Origin: Octopus sinensis
Lineage: Eukaryota
Direction: 5' to 3'
Length of the DNA: 64,000 nt
Assembly (NCBI RefSeq): GCF_006345805.1
Contig: NC_043001.1
Span: 125,364,001 to 125,428,000 of the forward strand
Part shown: in pieces, positions 19,455 through 33,423 of the stretch
How positions within the stretch are numbered: position 1 is the stretch's first letter
How the letters are laid out: each line of letters starts with the position of its first letter
Made by a program: the position numbers and the translations under genes
Notes under the pieces: model-generated
The model's input: the letters and a program-made list of their open reading frames with translations, nothing else
Database searches by the model: none
What the model was told of the DNA's origin: nothing

Positions 19455-22134
19455 TCTTTTCCCCGTCTGTCTTGATAGACAATGGGTCGCGCCAAGGGTG
19501 GGCTACTTTGATGATGAGCAGCGTCTGCTGTGACTGAACAGTCCAATTCTAGAGTGGCAGTCCCTGGTACAGTTGCTGCACACGAACATCGATGGGTACG
19601 GTGGGGTTGTGCTGCAGTTGTCCTCCTCCTGTCCCGCCTGTCCGACCACAGCTGTGCTATCCTTTCCTCAGCCATGGAAACGCCTTTCCTCACTGTCCGA
19701 CGCCAGGCGCAGAGCGGTCAGCAGCTGTTACCTCCACGTGTCCACACAGATGTTGGCAGTCCTCAGGTCGCGCTTGCACACATCCCTGTATCGTAGCTGT
19801 GGACGTCCCTTGGGTCGGGATCCTGTGGTGAGTTCGCTGTACAGGATGTCTTTAGGCATGCGACCGTCCTGCATGCGGCAGACGTGTCCGAGCCAGCGCA
19901 GTCGTCTCCGCACGAGAGGGCATACATGCTTGGCATATTAGTCTGTTCTAGGATGACTCCGTTTGGTACTCGGTCCTTCCAGGAGATGCCAAGGATCCGT
20001 CGAAGACACTGCATGTGGAAGCCGCTGAGGCGGCATTCTTGCCGGGTGTATGTTGTCCAGCTCTCGCTGCCGTAGAGTAGGGGGCTCAGCACGCAGGCTC
20101 GGTACACTGCGATCTTGGTGGTTATTGTGAGCATGTTGTTTTCCCACACTCTCCTGGAGAGCTTAGCCATGGCAGCAGCAGCCTTCCCAATCCGTCTGTC
20201 CAGCTCCGGCTCGAGGGACAGGCTGCTGGAGACCGTCGATCCCAGGTAAGTGAACTGTTCACACCTGCAAGCTGTGGTCGCCGACACTGATGCTGGGGAC
20301 CCCTCCGACGTCCTGGCCCATGATCTCTGTCTTTTTCAGGCCGATGGTAAGGCCGAACTCTTGGCAGGCATCCGCCAGGGAGCTGACCAGCCTCTGGAGA
20401 CCCGGCTAGTTGTGTGATTTAGGGCGGCATCGTCAGCAAAGAGGATCTCTTGATCAGCACCTGACGGACTTTGGTCTTAGCTCTGAGGCGCGCAAGATTG
20501 AACAATCCACCATCAGCCCTGGTGTGGAGGAACACTCCGTCGTCGGACGTTCTGAAGGCATAGACAGGACAAGGGAGAAGAAAATTCCGAAGAGCGTCGG
20601 CGCCAGAACGCAACCCTGTTTCACTCCACTCTGGATGGGGAACGACTCCGAGGGCGATCCGTCAAACTGCACTGTTCCCTGCATACCGTCGTGAAAGGAG
20701 GTGATGAGTTTCAGCAGTCTGGGAGGGCAACCTATCCTACCCAGGAGCGCAAACAGCCCTCCCTGCTGACTGAGTCGAACGCCTTAGCCAGGTCGATGAA
20801 GGCCACGTATAGGGACTGTCTCTGTTCTCGACTCTTTGCTTGAAGCTGCCTGAGTGAGAAGATCATGTCGATTGTAGACCTCTCTGCCCTAAAGCCAGAC
20901 TGAGACTCGGGGTACACACGCTCTGCAAGCATTTGCAACCTCTTCAGGACCACCCTGGCAAATGCCTTACCGACAGTGCTGAGCAGTGATATGCCCCTGT
21001 AATTATTACAGTCCCTTCTGTCCCCTTTGTTTTTATACAGTGTGATGATGTTTGCGTCACGCATATCCTTAGGGACAGAGCCCTCCTCCCAGCACTGACA
21101 GAGCAGCTCGTGGAGATGGCCCAGAAGGGCTGGCTTCCCACACTGGATGACTTCTGCGGGGATGCCGTCTTGCCCTGGTGCTTTGCCCCGAGCGAGTGAG
21201 TCAATTGCTTTGCTCAGTTCTTCCTTTGTTGGAGGCAGGTCAAGCTCCTCCATGACAGGCAGAGCAGGAATGCCGGCGAGGGCAGACCTGGTGACCACAT
21301 TCTCAGTGGAGTAGAGGTTTTGGTAATGCTCGACCCCCCTCTCCATCTGCTTCGCTCGGTCCTTGATGACCTCGCCATCCCTGGACTTCAGTGGAGCAAC
21401 CTTGCTGACAGTGGGCCCGAATGCTTTCTTCATCCCCTCGTACATCCCTTTCACGTTACCACTGTCAGCACAGCACTGGATGTTCTGGCATAAGTTCTGC
21501 CAGCAGATGTTGGCGCAACGTCTGGCCGTCCTCCGGGCGTCGCTTCTGGCTGTTCTCAGAGTAGCCAGGTTCTTTTCTGATGGGTCGCGCTTATAGTTGA
21601 CCAGTGCTTCCCCCTTGGCAGCAATGACAGGCTCCATCTCAGGCAGGTGAGCTTCAAACCAGTCTTGATTTCTCCGCTCCCTCTTTCCTAGGGATGACAT
21701 GGCTATTCTGCAAGTGGTGTCGCGAATAAGCTGCCATCTCTCCTCGATGGACGTGGCTGCGTGATCTTTAAGGGCCTCCTCCATGCGGTTGGTGAATTCC
21801 GAGCGGAGGTCGGGGTTGGTTGTCCTGGCGGTGTTGATGCGTGGGCGGCTTTTCCCTACGGGACGGCGGATTTTCTTTGGGGCCAATCGGACCCTGCTGC
21901 ACACCAGAGAGTGGTCTGTATCACAGTCAGCACCATGGTAGCTGCGTGTGAGAAGCACACTGCCGAGGTGGGCTCGCCGGGTGATGACCATGTCCAGTTG
22001 GTGCCAGTGTCCGGACCTTGAGTGCCTCCATGAGACCTGGTGTTGTGGCTTAGTCATGAAGAATGTGTTGGTAACGCAGAGTTTCCGGTAAGAGCAAAGC
22101 TCCAACAGTCTCTGGCCATTCTCATTCATCTTCC

Positions 22135-22138
<4 letters not shown>
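19455..22138 (-). mobile_element. RTE/BovB-like LINE, 5'-truncated ORF2 (end of APE + RT + C-terminus + 3' UTR), few frameshifts
   Basis: GKMNENGQRLLELC...TNTFF...SWRH.RSGHWHQLD...DCDTDHSLV; KAPGQDGIPAE; NYRGISLLS; GFRAERSTIDMIF; FIDLAKAFDSV; GVKQGCVLAPTLF; LFADDA; FTYLGS; RRLRWLGHVCRM...RPQLRY.D. Both ends abut (TA)n. Confidence 0.95.
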
Positions 22139-22186
<48 letters not shown>

Positions 22187-22192
22187 GTGTGT

Positions 22193-22272
<80 letters not shown>

Positions 22273-22465
22273 CAGGTTATGAGAGGTAATGGTGTCAGTG
22301 AGACCCAAAGGGGTCAGGTAATACTGAATAAGTGCTATGGATAGACCATAATTAAGTTCCAGCTTCGGTGATTATGCAAATAAGGGGTTCAACTTGGGTC
22401 ATATATCAGCAGGTTTGTTATCTCATTACGGAAAAAAGAAAAAAATCTGTTATATATATATATAT

Positions 22466-22865
22466 TGGCTGTGTGGTAAGTAGCTTGCTAACCAACCACA
22501 TGGTTCCGGGTTCAGTCCCACTGCGTGGCATCTTGGGCAAGTGTCTTCTGCTGTAGCCCCGGGCCGACCAATGCCTTGTGAGTGGATTTAGTAGACGGAA
22601 ACTGAAAGAAGCCCGTCGTATATATATATATATATATATATATATGCGTATGTGCGTGTGTGTCTGTGTTTGTCCCCCTAGCATTGCTTGACAACCGATG
22701 CTGGTGTGTTTACGTCCCCGTCACCTAGCGGTTCGGCAAAAGAGACCGATAGAATAAGTACTGGGCTTACAAAGAATAAGTCCCGGGGTCGATTTGCACG
22801 ACTAAAGGCGGTGCTCCAGCATGGCCGCAGTCAAATGACTGAAACAAATAAAAGAGTAAAAGAGT
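22466..22865 (+). mobile_element. SINE family B, full copy
   Basis: Near-identical to 3995-4413 and 38208-38619. Confidence 0.88.
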
Positions 22866-22917
22866 ATATATATATATATATACAAAAATATATATATATA
22901 TATATGCTTGGATTAAC

Positions 22918-22978
<61 letters not shown>

Positions 22979-23148
22979 CCATCAAGCGTTTAGTGCATTA
23001 TATCGATTTACTTTTATATGGTATATATTTTGTTGATATCTGTTTTTCCGACTGCAAAAGTACACATTGAGGCGCGCGTGCGCATACACACACATACATA
23101 CACACACACAAACACACACGTACATACATGCACACAAACATATATATA

Positions 23149-23221
23149 TATACAATGGCTCAAACGGTAGAGTTGTTGCTTAGCATACGCGAAACAGCGA
23201 GATCGATACCCGGATTCTCCA
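23149..23221 (+). pseudogene. tRNA-Ala(AGC) pseudogene or tRNA-Ala-derived SINE head
   Basis: GCTCAAACGGTAGAG...CTTAGCAT...AGCGAGATCGATACCCGGATTCTCCA aligns to eukaryotic tRNA-Ala(AGC). The 5' acceptor strand and anticodon stem are degraded. Anticodon at 23182-23184. Confidence 0.6.
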
Positions 23222-23447
23222 GGTTACTATTTCTTTTAAAATAGTGGTTCCTCAACATTCCCACGGCTCTCAAACTGAAATTAACAATATGTGTGTGTGT
23301 GTGTGTACACGCAAAAAGTGCAAGAGAGACAGAGGAAGGAGAAATGGAGATAAGAAATAGAGAGAGAGCAGACAGTCCCTGCTTGCTTTACTACTAAACA
23401 TTCGTAAACATAGCTCGTGTTTCCTGCATCCCGTGAATAATGCAGCT

Positions 23448-23448
23448 T

Positions 23449-23504
<56 letters not shown>

Positions 23505-23545
23505 CCTATCTATCTATCTATCTATCTACCTATCTATCTATCTAC

Positions 23546-23609
<64 letters not shown>

Positions 23610-23820
23610 ACACTAACACACACTACAGACATACCTATGTGTGTATAGAAGTCTCATTGCATATATCCATGAATACATATTGCTATTTATACGCATACTT
23701 GGCCAGACATACGCTTTGTACCCTGCACACAATATACGAATCAAGAAAGTGAGAATGAGATGTATAAACCGACAACAACATATCTGTGTGTGCGTGTGTG
23801 TGTGTGCGAGAGCATGTTTG

Positions 23821-23893
<73 letters not shown>

Positions 23894-24094
23894 GTGGATG
23901 CTGATCATGCACACACGTACACTCAGATGCAGATGAACACACACACATATGTATATCCACACACGTGCACACTCGGCCATTTGCACTATTAGATAGACAG
24001 ATAGTTAGAGAGAGAGAGAGAGGGGGAGAGGGTGGTAGAGAGAGAGGTAACATGTTTATGCATTTTCATGAGTGTATTCACCACTCCCTATGTA

Positions 24095-24134
<40 letters not shown>

Positions 24135-24307
24135 CGTATCAAGAGGCATAGTTCCAGCTCTCTCTCATTTACCCATCCTAAGCCCAACGATGCCGGAGGA
24201 TTTCAAACCTGGCTGGCTGCTGCCGATGACGATGACGATGACGATGATGATGATGATGACGATGATGATGATGACGATGATGATGATGATGATGATGATA
24301 ATGATGG

Positions 24308-24341
<34 letters not shown>

Positions 24342-24604
24342 AATGATGATGATGATGATGATGATGATGAAACTGCTGTAGCTACTATACTACTACTACT
24401 ACTACTACTACTACTATGGACATGTAAACTCGCGGCGGACATGCAAGTTAGATAGAGAGAGAGAGAAGGAGAGAGAAAGGGGGGAGGACAGACAGACAGA
24501 CAGACAGACAACCTGACAGAGAGATAGACTAGCAGACAGGCAGATAGATTGATAGATGGATGGATGGATGATTGGTAGATAGTCTGGTGGACAGACACGC
24601 ACAA

Positions 24605-24683
<79 letters not shown>

Positions 24684-24686
24684 TAT

Positions 24687-24755
<69 letters not shown>

Positions 24756-24760
24756 GTGCG
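23448..24760. repeat. Cluster of (CTAT)n, (GATA)n, (CA)n, (GAT)n and (TAC)n microsatellites
   Basis: Direct reading. Confidence 0.92.
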
Positions 24761-25172
24761 TGTTTTCTGTGTGCGCGCGTGTGTGTGCGAGCGCGCTATG
24801 CGCTTTTCTTTAACGGCCCGTGAACGATGATAATGAGAGAATGCCGTTTCCATCAGCCTCACGGATGAAGGAAGACTCCTCAATCTCCCATTTTAATAGA
24901 TGGAAAGGAGAGAGAAAATAGAAATAAAAAAAATACAAAATAGAAAGCGATGACAAAATAAGAAATATAACAAAATAAAATAATAAAAGGGACAAAAAAA
25001 TGTTTCCCCCTCTCCTCTCTGTCACTCTCCTCGCCTACACATACAGCACCATATAAAAAAAAAATAAAATCAGAATCGACTAAGAAAAACTACGAATAGA
25101 ATATTTTTTTCTTTAAATACAAATTCTTAACGACAAGGTGGTAGTAATGTTGGTGATGGTTATGATGCATGC

Positions 25173-26804
25173 GAGGTCGACTTTGCCATTCATCCTTGAG
25201 GGGTCGATAAATTAAGTACCAGTTACGCACTGAGGTCGATGCAATCGACTTAATACCTATGTCTGTCCTTGTTTGTCCCCCTCCGTGTTTAGCCCCTTGT
25301 GGGTAGTAAAGAAATAGGTATTTTGTCTGCCGTTACGTTCTGAGTTCAAATTCCGCCGAGGTCGACTTTGCCTTTCATCCTTTCAGGGTCGATAAATTAA
25401 GAAACCAGTTACGCACTGAGGTCGATGTAATCGACTTAATCCGCTTGTCTGTCCTTGTTTGTCCCCCTCCGTGTTTAGCCCCTTGTGGGTAGTAAAGAAA
25501 TAGGTATTTTGTCTGCCGTTACGTTCTGAGTTCAAATTCCGCCGAGGTCGACTTTGCCTTTCATCCTTTCAGGGTCGATAAATTAAGAAACCAGTTACGC
25601 ACTGAGGTCGATGTAATCGACTTAATCCGCTTGTCTGTCCTTGTTTGTCCCCCTCCGTGTTTAGCCCCTTGTGGGTAGTAAAGAAATAGGTTTTTTGTCT
25701 GCCGTTACGTTCTGAGTTCAAATTCCGCCGAGGTCGACTTTGCTTTTCATCCTTTCAGGGGTCGATAAATTAAGTACCAGTTACGCACTGAGGTCGATGC
25801 AATCGACTTAATACCTATGTCTGTCCTTGTTTGTCCCCCTCTATGTTTAGCCCCTTGTGGGTAGTAAAGAAATAGGTATTTTGTCTGCTGTTACGTTCTG
25901 AGTTCAAATTCCGCCGAGGTCGACTTTGCCTTTCATCCTTTCAGGAGTCGATAAATTAAGTACCAGTTACGCACTGAGGTCGATGCAATCGACTTAATAC
26001 CTATGTCTGTCCTTGTTTGTCCCCCTCTATGTTTAGCCCCTTGTGGGTAGTAAAGAAATAGGTATTTTGTCTGCTGTTACGTTCTGAGTTCAAATTCCGC
26101 CGAGGTCGACTTTGCCTTTCATCCTTTCAGGGTCGATAAATTAAGTACCAGTTACGCACTGAGGTCGATGCAATCGACTTGATCCGTTTGTCTGTCCTTG
26201 TTTGTCCCCTCTATGTTTAGCCCCTTGTGGATAGTAAAGAAATAGGTATTTTGTCTGCTGTTACGTTCTGAGTTCAAATTCCGCCGAGGTCGACTTTGCC
26301 TTTCATCCTTTCGGGGTCGATAAATTAAGTACCAGTTACGCACTGAGGTCGATGCAATCGACTTGATCCGTTTGTCTGTCCTTGTTTGTCCCCTCTATGT
26401 TTAGCCCCTTGTGGGTAGTAAAGAAATAGGTATTTTATCTGCCGCTACGTTCTGAGTTCAAATTCCGCCGAGGTCGACTTTGCCTTTCATCCTTTCGGGG
26501 TCGATAAATTAAGTACCAGTTACGCCCTGAGGTCGATGCAATCGACTTGATCCGTTTGTCTGTCCTTGTTTGTCCCCTCTATGTTTAGCCCCTTGTGGGT
26601 AGTAAAGAAATAGGTATTTTGTCTGCTGTTACGTTCTGAGTTCAAATTCCGCCGAGGTCGACTTTGCCTTTCATCCTTTCGGGGTCGATAAATTAAGAAA
26701 CCAGTTACGCACTGAGGTCGATGCAATCGACTTAATACCTATGTCTGTCCTTGTTTGTCCCCCTCTGTGTTTAGCCCCTTGTGGGTAATAAAGAAATAGG
26801 TATT
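25173..26804 (+). repeat. Tandem array of nine 184-186-bp SINE-A body units
   Basis: GAGGTCGAC recurs at 25173, 25358, 25544, 25730, 25916, 26102, 26286, 26470 and 26654. Each complete unit carries the B-box but no A-box head. Confidence 0.95.
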
Positions 26805-27138
26805 GGTGGTGGTGGTCGTCGTAGTAATGGTAGTGATCGTGAAAGTGGTTGTTATGATGGTGGTAGTGATGGTGGTAGTGATGGTGGTGGTGGCTCATAG
26901 TGGAGGTAATGATGGTGATAGTGGTGGTGGTAGTGATGTTAGTTGTAAGTGACGGTGCTGTTGTTGTTGTTATTGTTGGTGGTGGTGGTGGTGGTGGTGG
27001 ACTTGTTTGTTGCAGCTGAGTAACATTTGATGGAACAATGGTTTCTTTAGCCGACTTGACAACGATGACAACATTAACGTCAATATCAAGAGACGAGCCA
27101 ATAGAAGGGAACTGGTTTGTTTTGCTGGTAGTTTTACT

Positions 27139-27720
27139 ACGCGGTGTCTGCACCTGCTAGAAATAGCAGCCAAATCGTTCTTAAACTATACACTATCCTA
27201 CTGTCTAAAAAAACAAGGAAGGATACATTGGGACGACAATACAGCCCTTAAAAGAAAGACAAAGAAAAAAAGGATGTTAGACGTAGGGTAACAGCGCTAG
27301 CTGAGGGGATTTTCAACGCGGAGTCTGCACCTGCTAGAAATAGCAGCCAAATCGCTCTTAAACTACACTATCCTACTGTCTAAAAAACAAGGAAGGATAC
27401 ATTGGGACGACAATACAGCCCTTAAAAGAAAGACAAAGAAAAAAGGATGTTAGTCGTAGGGTAACAGAGCTAGCTGAGGGGATTTTCAACGCGGAGTCTG
27501 GACCTGCTAGAAATAGCAGTTAAATCGCCATCACATTCCCCCGTATCAATTGCCTAAAAAAAATTAAGATACATTTGAATGACAATAACCTCACCAAAAA
27601 GTGGGTGACAGTCGAAGGATAAGAGAGCTGGGTTTCTTTTTCTCTACACGGTGTCTGGACTTGCTAAAAATAGCAGCCAAATCACCTTTAAATCACACAC
27701 CCTTCCCCTATTGCCCAAAA
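27139..27720 (+). repeat. Four tandem copies (157-177 bp) of a family-F repeat
   Basis: AC(G/A)CGG..TCTG..C.TGCTA.AAATAGCAG..AAATC at 27139, 27316, 27489 and 27646. Dispersed copies at about 40780(-), 41100(-), 49215 and 56800. Confidence 0.85.
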
Positions 27721-28299
27721 TATAAAGATGCATTGGGGCAATACAGTCCCTAATATAACAAAAAAATAAATAAATAAATAAAAGAAAAATAAGAAATAAA
27801 GCGAAAGAGAAAGTAAAGTAAGTCGTTGAATAAGAGCGAAGGCTTTCCGACGTACGTCTGGCTCGTCCAGGACTGACCTGGGGCCAAACAAACAAGAGCA
27901 ATGACCAACAGGCACAGCAACAACAACAACAACGCCAATTAGAATGTATTGCTTATTAGCCACAGGGGCAAGGATATTGGTTGATGGAGCGGGGGTTGCA
28001 CAACGAAAGGAATGTATGTATTGAATAGTTTACTGTAAGAGTTATATAAAGGGAGAACATCGCAATGCAGTGTGTTCAATAAAATAATATATAATAGAAT
28101 ACCATATATATATATATATATATAAACAAGTAAAAGGTAGATGTGATGTGACAAACATTATATACATACATGCATACATACATACACAAACGTACTCACA
28201 CATGTATGTATGTGTATATAACATGTGTACACAAACATGTAAAGTGACATGCTTTTATATATGTATATGTATGAATATCCGTATACAAACCTATATGTA

Positions 28300-29800
<1,501 letters not shown>

Positions 29801-32800
29801 CATAATTGCATTGCTTCTTACGCCTCATCCTTCACTTCTGTTATTACGACTATATTATATATATATATATATATATATTTATATACGTGTTTGTTTTGGT
29901 GGTGGTAGTTGAATTTTCGTTACCATTACAACCACACTACCACTACTACCACCACTTCGTCGTTAGACTCCTACTTACAAGCCACCCACATGAAGATGCG
30001 CAAATGTTGTCATGCTCAGGTGGAGATTGGTTTTGGAATCAGCGAAGCCGACCACTACACCGACAAACATTCTGGGATGGCACGGAAAAGAATTCTCTTC
30101 AGCTGAATCTTCCTTCTTTATTTTCTTCTGTTTATAATTTGCGACAGACAAGGATATTTTATACGTGTGTGTAAATGTTATATATATATATATATATGCC
30201 AAATAGATTTTGCATATATATATATCTGTAATAACTCTGAGGGAAAAATAAACCGCATACTCTGAAAATGATAATCAGATAATGAAAAATTACTAAAAAT
30301 ATTGAACTTGCTCGTTCACGCACAAATCGAGGGATTTAAAAAGAAAAAAAGGAAATAGAAAACAAAAAGGATAGATAAACAAGAAAAGAGAAAGCGAAAG
30401 AGAAACCAAGCGGACGATGTTCGGTTGAAATACGTGTCATTTTATACGTCCATATAAAATGAGTTGATTATTACACGTTGTGGAAAAGTTATATATATAT
30501 ATATGTGAGTGTGTGTGTCATATATATGTGCATCTATATATATACATATTCTATCGGAATATTCATGCGCATATTATGTGATTGATATTTCTTGTTCAGA
30601 AGAGAGCTCATTGCTAAACAAAACTTGCTCTTTCGCCTACCACTTTCAATACATCCGTACAGTCATTCATTTCATATGTATTTTCGTCTTTTTTTTATCT
30701 GTTTGCTTCAATGACCCTGTTTCTTACATTGGATTGAATGCTTGTTTCGTTCGATCGCCAATCTATTTCTGAAAGAAAAAGAAGCTAAAAAGGATAAACA
30801 AAAACAGCTGTGGGGGATTTTTTTTTAACGTTCAGATCATACTACATCTATTCTAATTTGATCTATCACATCAAAAAAAAAAAAAAACCCGTCCTTTATT
30901 TTCTTCTCCCTCTCTTTTCTCAATATCTATTTATGTAACCAAGAATAAGAATGATAAAATTATGAAATAACCGACAAGTATTTGTGTGTGTATATTTCTC
31001 TCTACATTTGAAGCGAAAGGGTATGTGAAAATGAAATAACGTGAGTGGATTTTTTTCAAACCAATACTCATCCAAGTGAATCAGGAAGAAAAATATATAA
31101 ATATATTGCAAAGTTTTTTTTTTGCTTTTTTTTTCCTGAAGCAATTACACCACTAAAGGATCTTGAAATTGTGAAAGCTCCCTCAAAACTGCTAGAAATA
31201 ATTCATAAGTCGGAAGTGAAACTATACCTGCTTAACGGATAATTTGTCTTTACATACATTTATACAAACACACACACACACATTTCCTGGTGTTATTTAA
31301 GCTTGTTTTTTTGAGTGACATCCAGTTGGCATGAAAATAATAATAATAATTTTCCCGACAAAAAAGTATAAAACAGCAATAAACTGTTATACTACGACTA
31401 TTCCATAATATAGACCTTTTAGCTTTCTAAAACTAGCATCCTTGCTTAAGATTCCGGACAGAGGGGAAGGAGTACATTCATTCATACTGGAAACGGATAC
31501 CCTACCTATTTACCATTTCTATCTATCACTATCTGTTTGTCTGTCTGGCTGTCATTCATTTATTCAATCATTATATAGTGTGATTTATTCAGCACAAGCG
31601 AGAAAATCTAGAAAAGGAGTAAAGTACACTAATTTACTAATAGATACTTCCCTTGTGTTAAGGTTGTTGTTGCTACTACTATTCTTATTGTTGTTTATTC
31701 CCACTACCACCCCTCGTTTGTTTTATATTATGTAGTAAGCCTAATTAGAAATGTAAATGTTATTTATCAATTATCTCCATTCTCGATTCTGATCTAATTT
31801 ATTAATTTGTATCAACTTAAAAACAAAAAAAATAATAATTAAGTCCAAATCGAACCCCACCCATGCAAAGCTTGTAAAAATTTACATTTCTAAATTGTAA
31901 AACGTCGCTTTTAACCTTGTCTATTATTTGTCTGCAACGAAAGAATAAGCTATCAGATGATTTTATATTTAGTATCATTAATTATCGATATGTGGTTTTC
32001 ACAACACATTTGAAAATTCCATGCCATAGACTTTAGTGTAGTCAGCTATTACTACTATCACTTATAACTTTACATAATCTTCAATGTTTTTTTTTCTTAA
32101 TTAATTAGAATAATAATGTAATAAGAAAACTGCAATTAAATTATTCCTAAAACTTGAACATCTCGTGTATCTGAATGAAAATAATTATATATTTATACTG
32201 TATGTAGGTAGGAAATCGATGATAGAAAGATTCCCTTCAGTTTTATGCAAATATTTCATGAACCAAACACTTGTATATTGATTCCTTGGAACAGTTTGTA
32301 ACAAGAGCTAGTGTAGTGTAGTTGTATCAAATTATATACATACATATTATAGGTATATCAGTTTACTGTTTAATATACAAAAACCTAATTCATTTATTAT
32401 TCACGACCACACCAATACACACACACATTTATAATCGACATATACAGACTTTGTGTAAATATATATGTGCGTGTGTATCTCATTAAAAGAGTATATATTA
32501 TAACAAGGTTAGATTTGTTTAGAAAAACAAAAAAAGCAATTAGCATTCAGTTCAAATTAAAAACAATAATAATATTAGGGGGGATATATTCTGATCAGTG
32601 TTTTTTTATTCTCCTGTCAGCCAATGTTGCTTTTGTTGAATTCTCTGTGATTGACCAGAAGAATTAAATGTTCCGGTCTTAACGACCCAGTTTAGAAATT
32701 CTTAAAATGTGATTTCTATTCTCAACCTTTCCCACTCTATCTACTTTTCCCCCCTCTCTTTATCACTCTCTTCCTCTTTTATTTCTTTGAGCAATTCATG

Positions 32801-32947
32801 CCGCCGTCGTTAACAAGGGCAGCGGATAGAAGACACGATCCACACACTATTTAATAACTCCTTGAGGTTTTTCTTTAATCCTTTTGAGATTTTATTTTCA
32901 AAAACGTTCTGCTCAATCTCTCTATCTCTTTCTCTTTTGCCTTCACT

Positions 32948-33000
<53 letters not shown>

Positions 33001-33049
33001 CTCTCTCTGGAATTAGCATTTGAGTGTGACTCGTTATATTTCCTTTCAG

Positions 33050-33423
33050 TGCCTACCAATTTATATATTATTATAGAACACACTATATCTGCCTATCTTT
33101 ATCCCCAACGAGAAACTTAACGAAACCTTTGTACACGAGATAAATTTCTTAAATAGGATTTCATGACCGTTTGGTAGAAGAATTTAAGGTCAATTAATAA
33201 TCATAATAAATTACGCCTCCGACCGAAAGCATTGGTGTACTAAAATACAACCGCAAACATTCAAAGAAAACTAGAAGAAATCAAACCATGTGATAAAAAC
33301 AAGCCAGAATTCTATCTCGGTAGTGAAAGATGCCAATGTAATTCATGCTCATCGGAAAGCAGTAGGGTTATATCTTGTCGAGCGTGTACATGTGTCTGGA
33401 CAGTGTGGGGCAAGTGGAATAAT
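33050..33423 (+). promoter_or_regulatory. Probable 5' UTR part of the FBXL16 exon, containing several short uORFs
   Basis: Acceptor-like TATTTCCTTTCAG| ending at 33049, downstream of a long (CT)n tract. Upstream ATG-stop units start at 33163, 33288, 33330, 33345 and 33390. No transcript evidence. Confidence 0.45.

Noticed and set aside
26152-26726. Repeated ORFs MRNWYLIYRPRKDERQSRPRRNLNSER (also 85-333)
   Set aside because: Antisense reading of SINE-A; they recur only because the repeat recurs.
25173-26804. CRISPR-like periodic array
   Set aside because: Units are entirely repeated with no unique spacers, match a dispersed SINE, and the context is eukaryotic with no cas genes.
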